From Malacoraja senta (lineage: Eukaryota): 64,000 nt of DNA. The position numbers were made by a program, and so were the translations under genes. The stretch is taken from positions 1 through 64,000 of the forward strand of contig JAXLNO010000064.1 of the NCBI GenBank assembly GCA_038087875.1, given 5' to 3'. The notes under the pieces are model-generated. The model did no database searches and was not told where the DNA came from. It saw only the letters and a list, made by a program, of their open reading frames with translations. Below are positions 50,266-62,710 of the stretch, one piece after another (positions within the stretch are counted from its first letter, which is position 1; each line of letters opens with the position of its first letter).

Positions 50266-51378
50266 TTGCATCAGGGCACTAAAAGGAATTCAAATGTTGT
50301 GCAAAAGCTTAAGGCCACTCTTGATTTTGTGATAAGAGTTAGGTGTACTAAGAAGGAATTAAATATGTTGAACTAGTGTGTGGGTGAACATGGTCGTCGA
50401 GGTCTCGGTGGGCCGAGGCGCCTGTTTCCATACTAAATCAAAACTAAAACCGATTACCACTTAATACAACTTGGGATGTTTCACCCCAATATCAGGCCAC
50501 CATTGATAGTCATATCTCCTGCTACCAAGGCCCTACACTTTGGAATTCCCTCCCTTACCTGTGTGTCTCTTCCTCTCCCTTAAAGATGTACATTTAAGGT
50601 TTGCTAAACTAATACATGGCTTGCTGTCATTGTGTGATAAGCCTTGGGAGATTTTACTATCTAAACAGGCGCGGGATAAATGCATTTTGTTGTTGCACAA
50701 GAACATTGTAGCAGGAGTAGGTCTCTCAAGTCTTCCCTGCCTTTCAATATTGATCGTGGCTGATTTGCTCAAGGCCTCAACTTGTCAAGAAGGGTCTCAA
50801 CCCAAAACGTCACCTATTCCTTTTCTCCAGAGATGCTGCCCGACCCACTGAGTTACTCCAGCTTTTTTGTGTCTATACTCATCTTGTCAAGTTGAGACTT
50901 GGGGCAGATGAGTTAGTTGATATCATCACCATTTTAATTTGTTGATGCATTCTTCAATCACAAAGATAGACATCTAATCAGATTAAATCACAGAAGACAA
51001 ACTCGATCCTGACCCTGACTTGTCCGTGTCAGTTTGCATGTTTTCCCTGTAACCACGTCGATTTATTTTGGGAGCTCTGATTACCTCCCACATCCTAAAG
51101 ATGCGCTGGTTGGTTGGGTAATTACACGATACATCGGACATTGAAAATAGAGCAGTACAGACACAAAGTGGTGGAATAACTCAATGGGTCAGGCAGCATC
51201 TCTGGAGAACATGGTTAGGTGATGTCACCTATATCGAAGGGAAACAAGCTGAAACGTCACCTATCCATGTTCCCCAGAGATGCTGTCTGACCTGCTGAGT
51301 TACTCCAGCACATTGTGCCTTTTTTTGTATAAACCGCCATCTGCAGTTCCTTGTATCTACATAGGACTGTCCTGCAGA

Positions 51379-52787
51379 GGAAAAGGCCCTTTGGCCCTCG
51401 ATGTCCGTGCTGAACATAATGCCAAATTATACTAATCTCTCTGCATGTACCTGTTCCATATCCCTCCATATCCTGCATATCAATGTGCTTCTGCAAAATG
51501 CAACAATCATATCTGGCTCCACCACCACCCCAGGTAGCAGATTCCAGGCACCCAACGCTCAACGTGGAAAAAAAACTTGTCCTGCACATCTCCTTTAAAC
51601 TTTGCCCCTCTCAGTTTAAAACGATGACCTCTGTTTTTTGTCATTTCCATCCTGGGAGAAAGATTTTATATATTTTATATATTTCTATCATGTCTCCACT
51701 CAGATTCCAGCACTGCCGCGAAAATAACCCAAGTTTGTACAATCTCTCCTTATCAATATTACTCTCTGTCCAGGCAGTTTTCTACCTGACCTGCTGAGTT
51801 ACTCCAGCATTTTGTGTCTATCTTTGGTGTAAACCAGCTTCTGCAGTTCCTTCAGAATACACTGTATTTCTGCACCCACCCACTCCAACGCCCCACATCC
51901 TCCCAGTTCTGGGTCATGCAGAACTGCACACAATATACTCCAAATGAGGCCTAACCAAAGTCCTATAGAGCTGCAACATGACTTCTTGACACTTATATCC
52001 AATGTCCCGATCTATTGGAAGATTATTGGGAAATGGTCGGGCCCTGGAGAGTGTTTTCGTTTTTAGTTTTGGACATACAGCGCGGAAAAGGCCCTTTGGC
52101 CCTCGATGTCCGTGCTGAACATAATGCCAAATTATACTAATCTCTCTGCATGTACCTGTTCCATATCCCTCCATATCCTGCATATCAATGTGCTTCTGCA
52201 AAATGCAACAATCATATCTGGCTCCACCACCACCCCAGGTAGCAGATTCCAGGCACCCAACGCTCAACGTGGAAAAAAAACTTGTCCTGCACATCTCCTT
52301 TAAACTTTGCCCCTCTCAGTTAAAACGATGACCTCTGTTTTTTGTCATTTCCATCCTGGGAGAAAGATTTTATATATTTTATATATTTCTATCATGTCTC
52401 CACTCAGATTCCAGCACTGCCGCGAAAATAACCCAAGTTTGTACAATCTCTCCTTATCAATATTACTCTCTGTCCAGGCAGTTTTCTACCTGACCTGCTG
52501 AGTTACTCCAGCATTTTGTGTCTATCTTTGGTGTAAACCAGCTTCTGCAGTTCCTTCAGAATACACTGTATTTCTGCACCCACCCACTCCAACGCCCCAC
52601 ATCCTCCCAGTTCTGGGTCATGCAGAACTGCACACAATATACTCCAAATGAGGCCTAACCAAAGTCCTATAGAGCTGCAACATGACTTCTTGACACTTAT
52701 ATCCAATGTCCCGATCTATTGGAAGATTATTGGGAAATGGTCGGGCCCTGGAGAGTGTTTTCGTTTTTAGTTTTGGACATACAGCGC
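51379..52787 (+). repeat. Tandem direct duplication of about 705 bp (51379-52083 and 52084-52787)
   Basis: The two copies read identically apart from a 1-bp indel I could see (CAGTTTAAAACG vs CAGTTAAAACG). The ORF track shows duplicated peptides. Confidence 0.95.
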
Positions 52788-53067
52788 GGAAACAGGCCCT
52801 TTGGCCCACCGAGTCCGCACCAACCAGTGATCCTCGCACATAGCACCATCCTACACACACTAGGCATCATTTACAATTTACAGAAGCCAAATTAACCTAC
52901 AAACTTGTACGTCTTTGGAGTGTGGGAGGAAACTGGAGTACCCAGGGAAAACCCACGTGGTCACGGGGAGAGCATGCAAACTCCCTACAGACAGCACCCA
53001 TAGTCAGGATTGAACCTGAGTCTCTGGCGCAGTAAGGTGACAACTCCACAGCTGTGTCACTGTACTG
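52765..53067 (-). mobile_element. HE1-like SINE
   Basis: Reverse complement of the SINE consensus; its tail overlaps the duplication boundary. Confidence 0.85.
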
Positions 53068-54494
53068 CTTTAGTTGAGAGAAAAATGCACTGGTCTCCCC
53101 ATTGAAACATGAATTTTATTGCAAGTTCCTTATACTTGAGGGGAAAAAAGGGGTTGTATCCTGAAGTGTCAATATTGTTGTGGGTTGTTTAGCATATTGG
53201 ACCAAATACTCTAGCTGAAGTGGTTCTTTTAATGTAAGGGCCATGCAGTTGGCAGACTGATCTTGGCTCAAGGCTGTATGTTGGCCCAAGTTAAATACAG
53301 CACAGGGCACTAGACAGATTGATCTGCAAGAATATAAACTTTGAACTCATGCCAAACATGTTAATTAAAGACCTTGTCTGGTATGTTTATGGCTCACTGA
53401 AAGGCAACTTTCTTTTTTTTGATTTGCTAAATTTAACTGTTGACTTTCTCCTGTGAACTGAAATCGAAGAATTTGAGTGGCAGGGTGGCGCAGCAGTAGA
53501 GTTGCTGCCTTACAGCGCCAGAGACCTGGGTTAGATCCTGCTTACGGCTGCTGTCTATATGGCGTTTCAAGTCGAGACTGATGAAGGGTCTCGACTTGAA
53601 ACATCACCTAATTCCTTTACTCCGGAGATGCTGCCTGACCGGTTGAGTTACTCCAGCATTTGTGTCGACCAATCTCCTCCCTTCTCCCCATAACCCTTGA
53701 CACCCTAACTAATTAAGAACCCGAAAATCACTGCGTTAAAAATACCCAATAACTTGGCCTCCACAGCTGACCAAAGAAATTCATCTCCATCTCCTTTCTA
53801 AAGATACGTCCTTTTATTCTGAGGCTGTGCCCACTGTTCCTAGACTCTCCCGCTGGTGGAAACATCCTCTCCGCATCCACTCTATCCAGGTTGTGGGTGA
53901 GAAGGAGCAGTGTTGGTGAAAGGAGGGGAGTTATTCTATAGACTACAATGCAACACAGAGTACCCCAACTCACTGATAACCCAGCCCCGTGCTCAGAAAC
54001 ATCCCGTGCCAGGCCCTGACTCATCAAATCCACAGCGGTGGTGCCCAATGTTGTGCTCAGCTCTCGTCTCCAACTTTTAGCAAACGTATGGAATTTCTGT
54101 GGAAGGTCAGAAAATATTTACTAGAATGTTTCCAGGGATGAGAGGTTTCAGCAACAAGGTTAGACTGTAGTAAGTCCAGGAGGTTGCACCAGGATAAGTG
54201 AAGATGGTAAAGCTGCTACCTCACAGCACCAGAGACACGCGTTTGATCTTGACTTCGAGTGCTGGCTTTGTGCGTTCTCTCTGTGACCACCTGGGATTGC
54301 TCCGAATGCTCCGTTTTCCTCCCACATGCCAAAGATGTGCGGTTTTGTAGGATAATTGGCCCTCTGGTAATTTGCCCCTAGTGTGTAGCGAAAGTGAGAT
54401 AACAGAACTGATGTGAACGGGCGATCGATGGATGATGTGGACTCGATGGGCCGATGCTCCTGTTTCCGAGTTGTATCTCTAAAGTAATCTAAAT

Positions 54495-54897
54495 CAAAGA
54501 TCCTATAGCGGAGCAAGATAGACCACTCCTGCTAAATGCAATAGGCTGACGTGTAGTACGCAACGGTATGGAACGTGGGCCTTTTTTTCATCCATTTCCG
54601 TAACCGGACCCGACCGGACCGGACTCGCAGTGTAATCAACGTTGCGGGGGAACAGTTTGTGTTAATAAATTTAAATTCTGAAAATGAGGAGAAAATATTT
54701 AACCAAATAAATTTGATTTTTACGAGGATATTTCCGTAAGGTTGGCTTCCATCTCCGCACTATTATCCTATGGGATCTTTGGTGCGGAGACGGAAGCCGG
54801 TTACGGAAATGGGGCCTAAAATTACCCATGAATCTGCCCATGACCGTACTACGTCTTTTTCATCGAGTGGACTATCTTGCTCGCTATAGGATCTTTG
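54495..54897. mobile_element. hAT-type MITE
   Basis: TIRs CAAAGATCCTATAGCGGAGCAAGATAG / CTATCTTGCTCGCTATAGGATCTTTG; perfect 8-bp TSD ATCTAAAT at 54487-54494 and 54898-54905. Confidence 0.9.
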
Positions 54898-55654
54898 ATC
54901 TAAATTAGACATTCATATGAGCAAGACACAGAAAGATATTGTGTTAAGGATAATGCAGGCTAATGGGATTAGTGTAGATGGTCAAAATGTTTAGCTTGGA
55001 TGTGACGGGCTGCAGGGCCTGTTACTGTGCTGTGGGACTCTATCACACTGAGCTCTCGTTCCTTCACAGTCTCCGTAACCTCCCTCGGGGCAAGTGATAC
55101 GTGTTGAGTTTTAGTTATTCAAAACAAACCAAACATCAGATCGCCAGATACCAAGATTGTGAGAGCGCGGGGAGAGATGTGGGACTGCGTCACGCATTAG
55201 AAAACGCTACGTGCATTTTGCACGGTGTGGGCTGCTTATTGAACAAAATAAGAGCCCTTGTGGAATAGTAAAATCAACATTGTTGCGAACTTGAAAATTC
55301 ATGTGAAAAACAAAATGCCTCAGTCTCCTTGGACTCGAACATTGGCCGCCTTCTACGCACTTATTGTTTTAACTTGTTAGATCCTTTGAATTTCCTGGGA
55401 GAGTTATTGCAATGGAGCTTTTAGCATCACTGTGATTTTCTTTCTTTATTTTTTGCCCCCCCCCCTACCCCCACCCCTTCCCCCACTCCCCTCTCCTCCC
55501 CCACACCACAAGCCTTGTGCAAAAGCAAACAAATGATCAGGAACACCCAATTATGAGAGAAAGCCAGCACCTCCCTGCCCTGTTTAATGCAGATTAAAAG
55601 GGTTGGGGAAACTAGAACATTGAGGAAAAGGTCCCAGCCCACACAGTGTGATCA

Positions 55655-56159
55655 GCTTGGTGAGGCCAATTCTGGAGTATGGAGTACAATTTTGGTCGCC
55701 TAATTATAGGAAGGATGTCAACAAAATAGAGAGAGTACAGAGGACATTTACTAGAATGTTGCCTGGGTTTCAGCAACTAAGTTACAGAGAAAGGTTGAAC
55801 AAGTTAGGTCTTTATTCTTTGGAGCGCAGAAGGTTAAGAGGGGACTTGATAGAGGTCTTTAAAATTATGAGCGGGTTAGACAGAGTGGACGTGGATAAGC
55901 TTTTCCCATTAAGAGTAGGGAAGATTCAAACAAGGGGACATGACTTGAGAATTAAGGGACAGAAGTTTAGGGGGAACATTAGGGGGAACTTCTTTACTCA
56001 GAGAGTGGTAGCTGTGTGGAATGAGCTTCCAGTGGAAGTGGTGGAGGCAGGTTCGATGTTATCCTTTAAAAATAGATTGGATGGGTATATGGACGGGAAA
56101 GGAATGGAGGGTTATGGTCTGAGTGCAGGTAGATGGGACTAGGGGGAAGTATTTTATTT

Positions 56160-56199
<40 letters not shown>

Positions 56200-56278
56200 A
56201 AATGTTCGGCACGGACTTCAAGGGCCGAGATGGCCTGTTTCCGTGCTGTTATGGTTATATGGTTATATGGTTATATGG
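55655..56278 (+). mobile_element. CR1-clade LINE 3' fragment (distinct subfamily, (GGTTATAT)n tail)
   Basis: ORF 55648-56142 encodes LVRPILEYGVQFWSP..ERRRLRGDLIEVFKI..WNELP. Confidence 0.9.
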
Positions 56279-56846
56279 ATAAGGAGAACGTGCCTGTTGG
56301 AAGAAAGCATCTTAATTGTCCGATATCTATCTGACACAAAGCCTGGAATGATAGTAACTCTATCAGGAGGAAATTGTTACAAATATTCTCTTATCCAGGA
56401 GGGGATTGAAGGTGAATTACTGAGTGGGTGACTCATTGCTGATCTCAACTTAGTTTAGTTTAGTTTAGAGATGCAGCGCGGAAACACGCCCTTCGGACCA
56501 CCGGGTCCGTGCCGACCAGCGATCCCCGCACACCAATGCCACCTTACACACACTGGGGCCAGTTTTTACATTTACCAAGCCAATTTACCTACATACCTAT
56601 GAGTATGTAAGGTTGTACAAGGTATTCTGCAAGGTTGGTGGTCGTGGCAGTTCTGGCAAGGTCACGCAACCAGGTAAAAGATTGTGCTGTATATTTGATT
56701 GACCAAACTCCAGGGGCTATCAAAGGTATTAACTGGTGATCTAATGATCCCCTACCTCTCCCCCCTTCCTCCACTAAACGCCGGTTAACTAGTTCCATAC
56801 TTTGCCAAGATGTATCCCACCTGAGCTCACACCTGTCCCCAGCCAA

Positions 56847-57232
56847 CACTTAGGAGACCTAAACAGCAACCTCTGGTGACCTTGCCCGCCACCCAAAAAA
56901 AAAATCAAGGTCGAGGTGACCTGCAACCTGCAACCTCCTACCACCTCCCACCCATATGTTGAAAACCTTCCTCAATTATGAGGAAAACCGGCTTCGACTA
57001 GACCTGCGACTAAAAAATGATTGATTTTTAAAACGGCAACCTATTTTTAGTCGAGGCCGGTTTTAATCATGATGAAAAAATAGCAGCAACCTAGATGAAG
57101 CCTCGACCAGGCGGAAACCACTCGACCATTAGGGAGAGTGACCAAAACCTCCGGTGACCTCATGGAAATCTTGGGTGGCGGGCAAGGGCACCAGAGGTTG
57201 CTGTTTAGGTCTCCTAAGTGGGACAGGGGCTT
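56847..57232. mobile_element. MITE with ~50-bp TIRs ending AAGTGGGACAGGGGC
   Basis: CACTTAGGAGACCTAAACAGCAACCTCTGGTGACCTTGCCCGCCACCCAA pairs with about 57170-57220; the left terminus is damaged. Confidence 0.8.
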
Positions 57233-57889
57233 AACAGTGAATCCCTGCCTGTTTTTTTCTTTTCTTTGCTTCCAGTTTTTCCCCCCACCCTCCCTACTAC
57301 AATCAGTCTGAAGAAGGGTCCCGACCCGAAACATCACCTCTCCATTTTCTCCAGAGATGCTGCCTGACCTGCTGATTCACTCCAGCATTTTGTGTCTTCT
57401 TATAGCTAACACCCTCTAATCCAGGCATCATTCTGGTGAACCTCCTCTCTATCCTTTCCAAAGCCTCCACATCCTTCCTGCAGTGCAGAACTGTACGCAA
57501 TACCTTAAATGCGACCTAACCAAAGTCTTATAGAACTGCAACATGACTTCCTGACTCTTACACAATCCTGCCTTCCCAATGTAATTCCCCAAAGTCGGCT
57601 CTTAAAGCCATGGTGTTTGGAGTATGAATTATGAATTGTTAGCACCTCCAACTCGGGTTCCTACTCGAAAATTGACATAGATTAAAACAAAATATGTATT
57701 TTATTTTAAGGAATAAGTAAGGTGAACTGGTATATTGCAGCATTCCTTAACCTATGAATCCACTATCAAAAGTCAAGATGATCATTGCTATTGCAGTAGA
57801 TCAAAAGGAGAAGTATGTAACTTCCTCATTCACACCTGGACTCCTTTATATAGTGATCCTATATTGTGGCATCATTAACATTTGCCCCT

Positions 57890-58392
57890 CTGCGTAGAAA
57901 GCATTTTATCGAGATGCAACACAGCTTGGTTTGGGAACAGCTCCATCCAAGACCGCAAGAAATTGTGGACGCAGCCCAGACCATCAGGCAAACCAACCTC
58001 CCTTCTGTTGAATCAATTTTCACCGCACGCTGCCTCGGCAAGGCCAGCAGCATCATCAAGGACGAATCGCACCCCGGCCACTCCCCCTTCTCCCCTCTCC
58101 CATCGGGCAAAGGTTACAGAAGTGTGAAAACGCACACCTCCAGATACAGGGACATTTTCTTCTCAGCTGTTATCAGGCAACTGAACCATCCCACCAACAA
58201 CTAAAGAATAGTCCTGAAATACTAACTGTCTCACTGGAGACCCTCGGACTATCTTTGATTGGAATTTACTGGACTTTATCTTGTACTAAACATTATTCAC
58301 GTAATCATGTATTGTCTTTCCGCTGACTGGTTAGCACGCAACAGAAGCTTTTGTCTGTTCCTCGGTTAACGTGACAATAAACTAAACTCAAC
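57890..58392 (+). mobile_element. Rex1/Babar-like LINE 3' fragment
   Basis: VESILSRCNTAWFGNSS..IFTARCLGKASSIIKDESHPGH..LPSGK; GTGACAATAAAC tail. Confidence 0.85.
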
Positions 58393-58488
58393 TCTTATAC
58401 TTTGCAACCTTTATAAACTGGGAGAGCACAGCTGCGGTAAGAGGCTTTTCGATAGGTACATGGATATGCTGGGAATGGAAGGATTTGG

Positions 58489-59016
58489 AGCTGGCCGACT
58501 TCGGAGTGCGGATCGCTATGGTGGCGCATGGCTGTGGAGCTCGGAGGCTTCGGCTGCAGGCCCTGTGGACAGTAACATCGGGAGCTCGCGGATCCCTGCT
58601 GGGAGACCGTTTTTCGGAGCTCCCGCAACGGCAAACTTTGCCCGCCCGAATCGAGGGGTTTAAATCGACCGGGAGCGGGGCCTTACATTGCCCGGCGCGG
58701 TTTAAACGGCCGCGGGACTTACCATCGCCCGCCGGGGGGGCTCTAACATCTAACATCAGGAGCCTCGATTGGCTCGGTGCAGCAGTTTGGCTGCTTGACT
58801 GTGGGAGAGGAAGGGGCACAGAGAACGGGGAAGAGATAAGACTTTTGCCTTCCATCACAGTGACGAGGTGTTTGAGGATTCACTGTGATGGATGTTTTGT
58901 GTGGAATTGTGTGTTTTTTTTTTTTCTGTTTGTTGTTATGACTGCAGAAACGTAATTTTGTTTGAACTTATGTTCAAATGACAATAAACAGATTCTGATT
59001 CTGATTCTGATTCTGA
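58489..59016 (+). mobile_element. GC-rich non-autonomous retroelement, 5'-truncated
   Basis: Same hairpin module (58851-58892) and AAATGACAATAAAC followed by (GATTCT)n; inserted in a CR1 remnant. Confidence 0.75.
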
Positions 59017-61097
59017 TGTGCAGGCAGCGGTTAGTTTAACCTAGTGTCATGTTTGCTACAGTCATTGTGGGCAAATTGGCCTGTTCCAGTGCTGTACTGT
59101 TCAATATGATTTTTATTGACTATTTCAAAATGAAAGTGAACTTTATTACAAATTGAGTTAACTGGAAAAGGACTGCACTATCTTTTGGCCTCCTGACCAG
59201 AACAGATACACATTCAGATAGACACAGAAAGCTGGAGAAACTCAGTGGGTTAGACAGCATCTCTGGAGAAAAGGAATAGGTGATGTTTCGGGTCGAGAAG
59301 GGTCTCCATTCACCAGCTTACCCACTCTGCAACCTCCACTATCTCCCTCGTCCCAACTTCCTAACCTGTTACAGTTAAAACACACAGCTAATAATGGCCT
59401 GCTTCCTTTATCATCCTTACTTTTTTGCATATCTTTCATTCATTTGTTCTATATATCTCGACATGGTCTATATATCTTGTTTCCCTTTCCCCTGACTCTT
59501 AGTCAGAAGAAGTGTCTTTTGACAATATCCATGTAATTTATGCATATGAGCTGTACCAATTCTCGCATATGCTCAGACTTGCACATATAATTATGCAAAT
59601 CAGTCAGTGACCTTTAACTTGGAAATAAATCATTCCTGTTTTTGATCCCAACACGAGTCTGTGTGGAGCCATCTTTCTCCGTCTAATATGTGCTAGTTTT
59701 ACCTATATTGCAAGTAGACACATATCAAAACAGGTCTCGACCTAAAACATGACCTATTCCTTTTCTCCAGAGATGCCGTCTGACCTGCTGAGTTACTCCA
59801 GCTTTTTGTGTCTATCTTCGGTTTAAACCGGCATATTGTGTTTCAGTTGACCAAGAAGAAGGGTCTCGACCCGAAATGTTACCTATTCCTTTTCTCCAGA
59901 GATGCTGCCTGTGCCACAGTGTTAATCCAGCTTTTTATGTATCTTCACATAGTTCAATTAGCTTAGAGATGATAGAGATATTAGGTGGAATGACCAAAGC
60001 AGCTTGTAAAAACTTCACAAATAGTTTAGTTTAGCTTAGTTTAGGGATGCAGCATGGGAACAGGCCCTTTGGCCCACAGAGTCCTCGCCAACCGACGATC
60101 ACCCAAACAAGACCATGTTGGCAATAGAAGGCGGGAACAAAGCGTTGGATGTGGTTTGAAGACCATTTAAAGAAATAAAATAAAGGATTTCATCAGCAGA
60201 TCATCTGAGCCAGGGAGAGAACAAGACAATGCTACTCAGGCAGATGGAAATATTCCTTACAAAGAGGACGTAAAGCTAACTTCCTGCTTTAATACGATGC
60301 TGAAGGTGGGAATTATTTCATTCTACCTGAGATGGTGGCCAAGGAGGGAATGCATTCAATGGTCAACACCAAGAATTTGTGGGTTGGGACCCAATTATGT
60401 TACCTTCCGGGCTTAACTCAGAGGGCAAGCATCTTGACTTTCAACGGGGCAAAAATATAACAGAAATCTTCTTGTACTGTTTTTACTGGAGGTCTTCGGC
60501 CAAGGAAAACATGGGTATGGCCAACAGGAGTTTTGTAATAGTTGGTAACGTAGCAATGCCAACGTAGCAATGACATGGAAAGAGGACAGAGTAAGATATT
60601 CTGTTGTGTTGCTGCAGGTAAGGATGTCGTCATTCTATCTGGGACATATGACAATAAAACGCTGTTGAGTCTTGAATCGAGAAGGAAGGTGTAAATATGG
60701 ATAACCTTGATCACAGTGGAGTGAATATGGTGGTAATATATTCAACATGGAGCCTTGTCCATTGAGGTGAATGTACGTAGAAATCCCCACGTCCGCACTT
60801 TCCATCAACCCCTTTCCCATCCCCTCCCCTCCCTCCCCACTCTGTTCATCCCAATGGTTTTGTGCTTTAAGGGTTGGATATTTTTGAATGGTTCTCTTTG
60901 CTGCTTGCTGCTCTGTCATGGTCCCAGCAAGACAACCTTTGACCAAGGGCATGACTTTGCAGAGTTGGCCACTGACTGCAAAGTCTAAATTCAAGGCGCA
61001 TGTTCCAATAGGATATATAGTTGTGTTTCCTTCTTGAACGGGCTGCCAAAGAAATCTTCAAAGCTGTATGTTGTAGCTGTTCACATCAGTGTAAAGA

Positions 61098-61485
61098 TGA
61101 GCGTTGGAGGCTGAGGGGAGAGCTGATAAAAGTATATAAAATTATGAGAGGCATGGATAGGGTAGACAGTCTGAACCTTTTTTCCCCAGAGTGGAAATGT
61201 CAAAGACTAGAGAGCACAGGTTTGAGGTGAGAAGGGCAAAGTTTGAAGGAGAGGTACGAGGCAAGTTCTTTACCACAGAGGATGGTCGGTGCCTGGAACT
61301 GGCAGTGGTGGCGGAGGGATGTACAATTGTGGCATTAAATAGGCATTAAGGATGGACACATGGAACTGCGGGGAATGGACTGATATGGATCCCTTGCAGG
61401 CAAAGAAGCTTACTTTAACTTGGCATTATATTTGGCATGGACATTGTGGGCCGAAGGGCCTGTTCCTGTGCTGTACTGTTCTATG
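61098..61485 (+). mobile_element. CR1-clade LINE 3' fragment
   Basis: ERWRLRGELIKVYKIMRGMDRVD and a GGGCCGAAGGGCCTGTT tail. Confidence 0.85.
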
Positions 61486-61859
61486 AGTAGGAAGGAACTG
61501 TTGCATATACCGAAGATAGGCACAGAATGCAGGAGTTACTCAGGGGGTCAGGCGGCATCTCTGGAGAAAAGGAATGGGTGATATTTCGGGTCAGAATCCT
61601 TCAGTCCTATGTTGTGTGTTCTAGGAAACTATCACCATGCCTTAATAATGAACACACTCTGCAGGACAAAGCATGTTCACAGTGCATGCGATATAACTAG
61701 AGGCTTACCTAGAGTCCCATGTTTTGAGAACAGATGAATGAGGAGCAGGATTAGGTCTCAACACCCTCATCCGCCAGCAGAATGGATGGAATTTTGTTAG
61801 GGTTTGAATATGTCTCTTCTATATTTAAGTGTTTGCACTCAGATTTCTGAATGTTATTT

Positions 61860-62165
61860 TCATAAGTCCGTAAGTTGTAGGGGCAGAATTAGGCCATTCA
61901 GCCCATCAAGTCTACTCTGCCATTCAATCATAGCTGATCTATCTTTCCCTCTCAATCCCCATTCTCCTGCCTTTGCCTCATAACCCCTGACACTTGTCCT
62001 AATCAAGAATCTATCAATCTCCACCCTAAAAATATCCATAGACTTGGCCTTCACAGCCTTCACAGATTCACCACCCTCATATACCTCCTCATCTCCTTTC
62101 TAAAGTTACGTCCTTTTATTCTGAGGCTATGGTCTCTGGTCCTGGACTCTCCCACCAGTGGCAAC
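61860..62165 (-). mobile_element. CR1-clade LINE 3' fragment
   Basis: VGESRTRDHSLRIKG and KAVKAKSMDIFRVEIDRFLI. Confidence 0.85.
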
Positions 62166-62710
62166 ATTGGAAAGAACAAATGTTTGCCCACTTTCCCCTC
62201 CTGAAGATATACACTTGTATTAACTGCACCTGCATAAGTCTCCTCCAACTTCTCATAGAGTCAGAGAGAGCCATCGAGCCATACAGCATGGAACCAGGCC
62301 CTTCGGCCCAACTTGCCCACACTGGCCAACACCATATTCCATCTACACTAGTCCCACCTCCCTGATTTTGGTCAGTATCCCTCCAAACCTTCTCTTTCTC
62401 GACAGCTCAACTAACCGTATAACCAGCGAGTACATTTAAATCTTTGAACAAAGTCATGGCAAGGGGAAAAATATATAAAGGGTAAATATAAAATCCTGCA
62501 AATTCTTGAAATCTGCTAAAAGAGATAGTAATTCTTAGTTGGTTACAGATGTCCAATAACTGGGCTATCTAAATGAAAAATTGTTTCAATGTAAATTTGT
62601 TGTTCAATCAGAATTCCCTGTTTTTTGAATGAGAACTATCAAGATATCTTCAGTAGACAAAAATGCTGGAGAAACTCAGCGGGTGAGGCAGCATCTATGG
62701 AGCGAAGGAA

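Noticed and set aside
56167..56197. Poly(A) run suggesting a processed pseudogene
   Set aside because: It sits inside a CR1 3' UTR with no upstream mRNA-like sequence or TSD.
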